From Octopus sinensis (Eukaryota): a DNA stretch of 64,000 nt. The stretch spans positions 10,230,001 to 10,294,000 of the forward strand of contig NC_043009.1 of assembly GCF_006345805.1 (NCBI RefSeq), given 5' to 3'. This document shows, in pieces, positions 57,219 through 64,000 of this stretch (position 1 is the first letter of the stretch; the number at the start of each line of letters is the position of its first letter). The position numbers and the translations under genes are program-made. The notes below the pieces were generated by a model. That model ran no database searches. It had not been told where the DNA came from and saw only the letters and a list, made by a program, of their open reading frames with translations.

Positions 57219-57600
57219 ATATATATATATGCATATATATGCATGTATATATACATATTTCTGTATGTACTTATCTATTTAAGAATAAGCATATGTATAG
57301 GCCCATATATCTACTTTCTTGCTCTGTATTTGTCCATATTCTCACACACAAATACAGATTTGTGAGTGAGCATAAATCGCCGTAAATGGGAATAAACATA
57401 CATATTTTAGCTATACTCACACAGACACATACAGACCGATGGACACACACACACACGCACGCACACACAGATATATGAAGGTAGTCATATGTATGCGTTT
57501 ACATATATGTTTACATATACACACACATATATTTATCTATGCATCTCATCTATGTATCACACATACACATATGTCTGTGTACAGACGCAAACACACACAC
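55620..57600. repeat. Compound (TG)n, (TA)n, (TAA)n, (GAT)n microsatellite block
   Basis: Direct inspection. Confidence 0.9.
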
Positions 57601-58159
57601 ATGTTCACGCGCATACACGCAGGTACGCACATAGACTCGACAACACTATCAAACATTCACAGAATTCGTATGTGAATTCATACATAATTAGTAAAATCCA
57701 CCCAGGTACACACTGTCTCAGATATACGCCTACGCAGAAGACCCGAAGACATGCCAGAGAACTTCCATATAAAAAGAGTTGCAGTGTGACACTTCTCGGT
57801 AATTCAACACATGAGTATGTTTGCATTAGAGCCAAAATCTATCTCAGTTAATATATTATACGTTATTATATAACCTTCTAAGTTGTTTTATAGCTGGTTA
57901 TGAATTTACATAATGTTTCGATTGGGGACTACATCTGATAGCTTATAGGACTGTGGTAGCATAGTTACATAATCGTAGAGACATAGATAATGAAGGACAG
58001 AAGGTGAAAGAGAAGGAAAGGAAGAATGAGAAGGAAAACAGAAGATAAAAAAAAGAAGATGAAGAAAAGCTACATGTGGAAGAAATGGTATTATATGAAC
58101 TTGCTGTATACAATGTTCAGGTCCACTCACTACCCCACCCCGCAAAAGTAGAAACAGGG

Positions 58160-58575
58160 GTGAGAGTATCAGGTGTGACTTTGGCGAATTTCGGGAAGCA
58201 TGGAAGTTTTGAAGGATGTGGTGTCTCGACAGCTAACAACTGATGCGGGTAGTTTATTCCATGCTTCAGCAATTCTGATCGTGAAAAAATGTTTCCGAAA
58301 GTCATGGGTGCTGTGTTTGTTTTATGATTTTTTTTTTGTAATCATGTCCGTGAGTGTTTGACATATGAAATTCAAAAAGGTGCCCAAGGTTGTTATTGCA
58401 AAGATGATGGATAATCTTGTGGGTGGGTGCCAAGTCAGTTGCCAGAGCTTTGCATGTCCATGCCCAGAGAAGCAAGACGTTGTGAGCATAGTAGATGGCC
58501 TAGTGGCAGCTATTCGTTTGGTTGTACGTTTCTGAACAGTCTCCAGGAGATTGATATGCCGAACAAAACACAGGA
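58160..58575 (-). mobile_element. CR1-type LINE 3' end
   Basis: Minus strand HINLLETVQKRTTKRI ... HGHD(Y)...HDFRKHF..IRIAEAWNKLPASVVSCRDTTSFK. Confidence 0.8.
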
Positions 58576-58650
58576 AGAGCACCAAGAAGAAAAACAAAAT
58601 ACTTGTTAAAAAACAGCGACCTACGATAATTTCTGTGAGAATCTTTTCAA

Positions 58651-58698
<48 letters not shown>

Positions 58699-58957
58699 TC
58701 TCTCTCTCATATCAATCAGCACTACTTCCTAGAAACGTGATGATAGCCTAACATGACACGCAGACTGACGCAGCTCGAAGCTGCTTAGGAGTAAAGCAAA
58801 CTTCACAATCACATAGAACTTCACAATCCCATAGCCAAGCTTTCGTCTACACACATACACACGCACGCAAGTACGTATGCGCGCGCACACACTGACATAC
58901 ACACAGATATCTCTCTCTCTCTCTATCTGTCTGTCTGTCTGTCTGTCTGTCTGTATG

Positions 58958-59043
<86 letters not shown>

Positions 59044-59169
59044 GTCTATCTATCTATCCGTCTAACTGTATCTCTATCTATCTACCTATCTACCTACCTA
59101 TATATCTGTCTCACTTGATCACGAGACCGGTAAGACTATAAGATGTTGTTACACATTACCGATCCCAAT

Positions 59170-59385
59170 GCGCTTTGCGTCGTCTTAGCCTTCCAATGAC
59201 GCCACCCCGGTGGTTGGTCAGGTGGACAACATTCCCTCCTGAGCGAAGGAGGACTGGGGCAGCGTGAAATGAAGTGTTTCGCTCAAGAACACAATGCATC
59301 ACTCGGTCTGAGGAGAGAAGCCACGATCTGGCGATCGTGAGTTCAACAACCTGACCACTTGGCAATGCGCCTTCACTTACACACA
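59170..59385 (-). mobile_element. tRNA-derived SINE (C-type head)
   Basis: Minus strand GTGAAGGCGCATTGCCAAGTGGTCAGG...GTGTTCTTGAGCGAAACACTTCATTTCACGCTGCCCCAGTCC. Confidence 0.7.
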
Positions 59386-59554
59386 CATTCGCGCACGCAC
59401 ACATACACACACATAGATATCTGTATGTAAGTATGTATGTATATTATTTGGTATGTATGTATATTGATTCGGTTCCATGCTAATGAAAGTTTCGTAGGCT
59501 TGTCAAATGAAGCTGACTCATCAAGCACACAGAACCGAATGGAGTAATATAAAC

Positions 59555-60244
59555 ACTTCAAAACCACAACGTTAAGATTAGCTACTCTTGCTTAGACAAC
59601 ATTTCTTCCAACGTTGCACGCTGCAATAGACGCAAGCGTACACCCACACAAGCCCAACGAACACCTTAACATATACTCCAACATACGCCTCCACTTGTAG
59701 CTTTAATAATTCTGACAGCTACCCTTTGGGAGGATCCTGCTTCTCAAGGGCTGTGGTCTACAAAGCCATCCTAAATCCGTCCAATGGAATCGCATGAACT
59801 TATACGGGAATGACAACTAATAAGCTCAAAGAAATGTTTGCACAACATATGCCCTCATTCAGATGAAGAGATAGAGAAAACACCACCTCCCTGTTCCAAA
59901 CTTCTTGACCGTCTAAATAACTCTCCCAACATTGAGTGGAGTAACGCTGAAAGGGCCTCAAGATTATATATTCTCTATCAACCTGCAGTAACCATCAGCT
60001 GGGAGAAAGATAAACTAATTGCTCCTATCAGAAGTATGCCCTACTAGTGAACTTCAAGCAACTAGTTACTGATAATGCAGTATCTCATACTCAACCACTT
60101 GCTGACCGTATAGACCACAGATTTATCCATGCATGCAGCCTCAGAAACTCTGCGCCTGGGAATCCGATGGACGGCAACGCTTCGGTAGATATGGTGCTTT
60201 TACACCTTTTACCACAAGAGAGAATTTTTTCTAAGGCAACTGCA
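59555..60244 (+). mobile_element. PLE (Hydra-like) GIY-YIG endonuclease 3' fragment plus 3' UTR
   Basis: NHNVKISYSCLDNISS...TCSFNNSDSYPLGGSCFSRAVVYKA...TYTGMTTNKLKEMFAQHMPSFR..ENTTSL...NIEWS, a decayed VKxSYSC / CxC..CPLxGxC / VVY..YxG pattern; ends at (TA)n. Confidence 0.75.
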
Positions 60245-60245
60245 A

Positions 60246-60310
<65 letters not shown>

Positions 60311-60364
60311 TTAGTGTAGGAAGAAATGGAGCTGAACGAAGATTTAACAAAATTCCTTTTTATT

Positions 60365-60450
60365 ATTTTCTACATATGTTTCAAAGGCTGCAAAGTCCCT
60401 AATTCGGATTGAATAAGGAGTCCATTTTGCAGCCTTCTCTTCAGGAAAAT
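60365..60450 (-). ncRNA. Type I hammerhead ribozyme with long helix II
   Basis: AUUUUC CUGAAGA GAAGGCUGCAAA-(31 nt)-UUUGCAGCCUUU GAAA C AUAU G UA^ GAAAAU. Perfect 6-bp helix I, 12-bp helix II, palindromic helix III ACAUAUGU; predicted cut between 60371 and 60370. Confidence 0.88.
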
Positions 60451-61037
60451 CCAGGAACTTAATTCTCCAACAAAATGCACAGCAAGCTTTTCGACAAACG
60501 CTCACGAGGAGCCCATGGAATAAATGGCACAAACTGTCTATCAATATGCGTTGACGCCAGGCTGGGTGAAAGCCGACGAGAAGGTCCGTTGAGATAATTC
60601 AAGGTCAAAATCCGGTTAACAGAAGGGGAGTACAGGAAAATCAAAGAGTGTGAATGTATTCTGTATGACTGGTGTTAATATTTGAATTGTTTTAAGAATG
60701 AGTGCTAGAGTGTTTGAGTGTGAGAAATTGCTTTCATGTATGTGTGTGTGCGTCTATGTATGTGTGGCAGTGTGTTTAGAAGGCAGCAAGGGAGAGAGAT
60801 ATAGCAGATATTAATGGTCAAGCAACAGAAAAGACTGTGTCTGTGTGTTCGTCTGTAACCAGTTGATAGAGAGAGGGGGTGTCAACAATGGTCATGGCAG
60901 GATACAGTGACATCCCTGACAGCAGTTCTAGATAACTAGCAGTTCTTACACTAACAGGGGAGTGATATCCCCTTACAAATTTCATTCAAAATTTTTTCCA
61001 TTTTCTTAGGAAATCAAGGGTTTAACTATATTATACT

Positions 61038-63682
61038 TCATTGGTATGAGAGAAATGTATGCCGTTTCCAGTGTGGGCATCTGAAAGAATTTTGCACAAT
61101 CGAGTTAACAAGGTGCCCTCGGGCGAACAGAATATGAAAGAGTTCCGAGTTACAAAGAGCACAGATTTTTTTGCCCTCATCAAACGGTAAAGACACCGAT
61201 AAAATTGACCATTCCAGTCTAAAAGTTGAATTCGTGTTCTTCAAACGCCAGACTAATTTACTTAGTCCCGTAGCGTGTTGCTTTTCCTTATCACGAAACG
61301 TGGAAAAATGATTCGATATTCTAACAGCCATTTTCGAAGATGAGGCTCCGATATACATGTAGACATCTGAATCAGTATAAATTCTGCACTGGTAAATGGC
61401 GTTTCTAATCTTGGAGTTACTAGATAAGAACCTTATTCTATTAGGATTGGTTTCCGATATTAATACAGCGTTCTTATTACTATGATGATTGTAAAAACTA
61501 CCGCTGGATTCGATATTATTCACCCCATTATCGTTACTATTTAAGGCAATATCACCTGCATATTCCCTGCTACTGTGAATGCTGTGATTGCTAATGTCCG
61601 TAATACTACTGTTGTTAAAACCGCTGCTAATATTGTTGTTGGGACTCCCTACATTAATGACTAGATCAGTGCTCTTTTCCTAATTACCATTACTTACGTT
61701 AATGACGAGATCATTGCTCTTATCCTTATTACTATTACTAACTCCAATGTTGGTATGGAGGTTGCTAATATCTGTGCCAGTTCTATTATTATTATTATTA
61801 TTACTGCGTGTTATGTTGGAATTAGACGGAGCAGAGTCTCCGCTCATGGGTGAGAGGGTCTTATTTCGCAGCTTATTGTTATGGGAGGAAATTATCTGTG
61901 AAAGATCTTTAGTATTGGAGAAGGCTATCCTAACTTTGTGTGAATTTACAGTGGAGTAATATCTCGAATTTCTGGGAAAATTTCTGGCAATTGCTTGGCG
62001 AAACTGCAACGGTAGGTTAGATCTTATTTGTTTACCAAAGGGAATTACAAACCAAATATAGTTTTTCCTGTTCTTGTACTGGCTCGGGGAGTCAACACTA
62101 ACATTAAGGTGGGTATCTCTGGGTTGAATAATGGGTTTTGGCCTACGATGGCCCTATCTGGACCGCAAATTCTTTATGTTATCTATATTTATGCTAGTTG
62201 TACTTGTATCGACATTCCTCAGGCTACCATCACTATTTATCTTATTGTAACTTGACTTATCCTGATGACAGAATGCTGGTTTCGGAAGGGCCGGGTCTAT
62301 ATATGCTACCTTCTCCCTATAACCGGCTTTTGACAGGGCGGCATTATAAAATTCCGCTTTCTGCCTAAAAATGTCGACGTTGGCAGACAAATTAGTTAAT
62401 CTTTGAGAAATATTTTTAACCAAATTGTCTGTTATAGTTTTTGCGTGGTAAGAGAAAACACTGACATACTTTAAGTTAGTGGAAGGTTTGTGGTAGGGGC
62501 AGTAAGAATCGCTATGGAGGTTTAGTGTGACATCTAAGAAATTTGCCCTGGTAAGTTCGTTATCAAAAACTATGCTCATGCCCATCCTATTAAAGAACCT
62601 AGCTAATCTACTTTTAGTTTTCTGTATCATTCTAATCGGGGTGTTCTGTAGGTAAAACAGGCAATCGTCACGATACAGGCCGCCTCCGATGTTCGGGAAT
62701 TGGTCGGATAATTCATAGAGAATATAGATTCCGACCAAATCGGCAATCTGGGCGCTATCTGAACTTCCCATAGGTTCATCGAACTCGTTGGGAGTATCCT
62801 TACGAACCCATAACTTATCTTCAAACTGTATAAAGGATTTTCTGGCGACTAGAATTATATCAATTTCTTCTCTTGTGAGGCCTGCCTTATTATGTGCATG
62901 CTACAGGGCCTTATTGAGTACACTAGAGTTAATCGAGGGGTAGAAATTATCAATATCGAACTGAATGAACTTAGTTCTGTTTTTATTAGGGATAGAAGGG
63001 AACCACTTTACGACTTGCGAGGAGTTCGCCCAAAGGTTAAGCTTAAGCTTATTAACTAAACTAGGAATGTATTTGTCTAAAATGTACTTACTGATGGAAC
63101 CGATGTCGGAACTAGAAGGGCATATGAGCCTTAATGCTGGATTGGTGTGGAAATTTGGTTTGTGGTCCTTAACGATGAATCTAGGTTGTCTTGGGTTAAT
63201 CTCCAAGTTAACTCTTCTCAGTGTATTCTTATTTGTAGTTCTATAGTTCTTCTGGATCTCTTTTCTGAGTAATTCTAAGTACTGGTTTTAGGTATCTTGT
63301 AAGTATTCCTTGTTTTGTCAGATTGGACCAGGATTCCGTCTGAGCTGTTGATATCCTTAGTAATTTTCCCTAGGTATCTGAGGTGTTCATTCCTACGGGG
63401 CGACTTCCTGAATTTAATGCTCCTTACAATGCCCCATAAGTCGTCCTCAAATTTCTTCAGTCTGGGGTTAGGTGGTGGCGTCTCCATCGACTTGAAAAGC
63501 TTCTTATATTCGGATGATGTTGCGGACCGGTTCTGTTTTAAAACCTCGTTATCATGAAAGAAAGCGAGCCATCTAATCCGGTTGATGAATGCATTTGTTT
63601 TGCAGACAATTTCCTTAAGGAAGGCTTCCTTTGGTGGTATAGGAATGTCCTTAAGGGACGCGTTAATCTCGAACAACTCCAT
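61038..63682 (-). pseudogene. PLE polyprotein (RT + GIY-YIG), about 880 codons, one frameshift near 63280 and three in-frame TAG stops (62901, 62154, 61680)
   Basis: NASLKDIPIP..RIRWLAFF; KDHKPNF...LRLICP; FIQFDIDNFYPSI; MGSSDSAQIADLVG; GLYRDD (62664-62675); NFLDVTLNL; PYHKP; IWF; AIY-(11)-YIG, RISNH, CALCNSE, LVN, RCPH. I translated across the gaps; frames are continuous apart from the one shift. Confidence 0.92.
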
Positions 63683-63925
63683 TTGCGGTATCGGTTAAGG
63701 TAGCAGTTTCTTGGCGAAGCTGTATATGATTATTGAAGTATATAAATGAATTATCTTATTACGGATTATTCAAATGATAACCGATACCTGGGTAGCAAAA
63801 ATCACAACAGAAAAAGCACGGTTGAGGTTACGACCATGGGGCCTAAAATCCGTGCCTTAGTGCGGAAATTTGAAGTTTTATATATATATATATATATACT
63901 TTATTTTAAGCAGCAGAAAATTCAA

Positions 63926-63975
63926 CAAAATCTGTTACTCTGAGTTTCTCGTTGCCGTTCATCAGACAGTTTTTG
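63926..63975 (-). ncRNA. Type I hammerhead ribozyme, minimal helix II with GNRA loop
   Basis: CAAAAACUGU CUGAUGA A CG-GCAA-CG A GAAA CUC-A-GAG UA^ ACAGAUUUUG. 10-bp helix I with one A.A mismatch, 4-bp helix III with a 1-nt loop; predicted cut between 63936 and 63935; about 27 nt from (TA)n. Confidence 0.82.
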
Positions 63976-64000
63976 CTAGAATGGAACTGATATATTAATT

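Larger units (their letters stand above)
60310..63878 (-). mobile_element. Near-full-length Penelope-like element (C-terminal GIY-YIG, Hydra-clade-like), 3.57 kb, between two (TA)n tracts
   Basis: Single disrupted ORF, about 730-nt 3' region containing an intact HHR, TA tracts at 60245-60309 and 63879-63898. No second copy of the 3' region at the 5' end. Confidence 0.88.

Noticed and set aside
58515-58546. CUGGAGA CUGUUCA GAAAC GUA on the minus strand
   Set aside because: This is the LLETVQKRT coding stretch of the CR1 fragment; core A6 is wrong and helix I does not form.
60164-60179. CCGATGGACGGCAACG, similar to the 63926 HHR core and helix II, in the 3' UTR of the plus-strand PLE fragment
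   Set aside because: No GAAA, helix III or cleavage triplet follows; at most a relic.
61680-62903. All three premature stops in the PLE ORF are TAG, suggesting A-to-I recoding (UAG to Trp) or readthrough
   Set aside because: None falls where Trp is expected (one aligns with an AAG Lys in the internal duplication), a separate frameshift near 63280 still breaks the ORF, and three TAGs can arise by chance. No TGA/selenocysteine pattern either.

Overview
AT-rich, microsatellite-saturated eukaryotic DNA with no host protein-coding exon that I can support; it reads as intergenic or deep intronic. The SINE families and repeat landscape look like an Octopus/coleoid cephalopod genome (inference, not database-checked). 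Most ORFs in the supplied track are translations of simple repeats. Real content: (i) Penelope-like retroelements (PLEs): one near-full-length, lightly disrupted RT + GIY-YIG element at 60310-63878 (-) bounded by (TA)n on both sides, a second GIY-YIG fragment facing it tail-to-tail, and an old RT remnant; (ii) seven type I hammerhead ribozyme (HHR) motifs in about five sequence families. Six have a palindromic or near-loopless helix III (the seventh is one substitution away), and three share a non-canonical CCGAUGA core; (iii) DNA transposons: Tc1, a full-length mariner beside a Chapaev3-like remnant, two mariner fragments, hAT, Tc1/mariner and TTAA MITEs, and Helentron-like elements; (iv) RTE and CR1-type LINE fragments; (v) dozens of tRNA-derived SINEs. 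One SINE family has inserted as a head+unit+unit dimer under a single TSD, and another carries an internal (TA)n tract into which other elements have nested. All alignments, folds and translations outside the ORF track were done by eye; SINE and LINE boundaries are approximate (about +/-15 bp).
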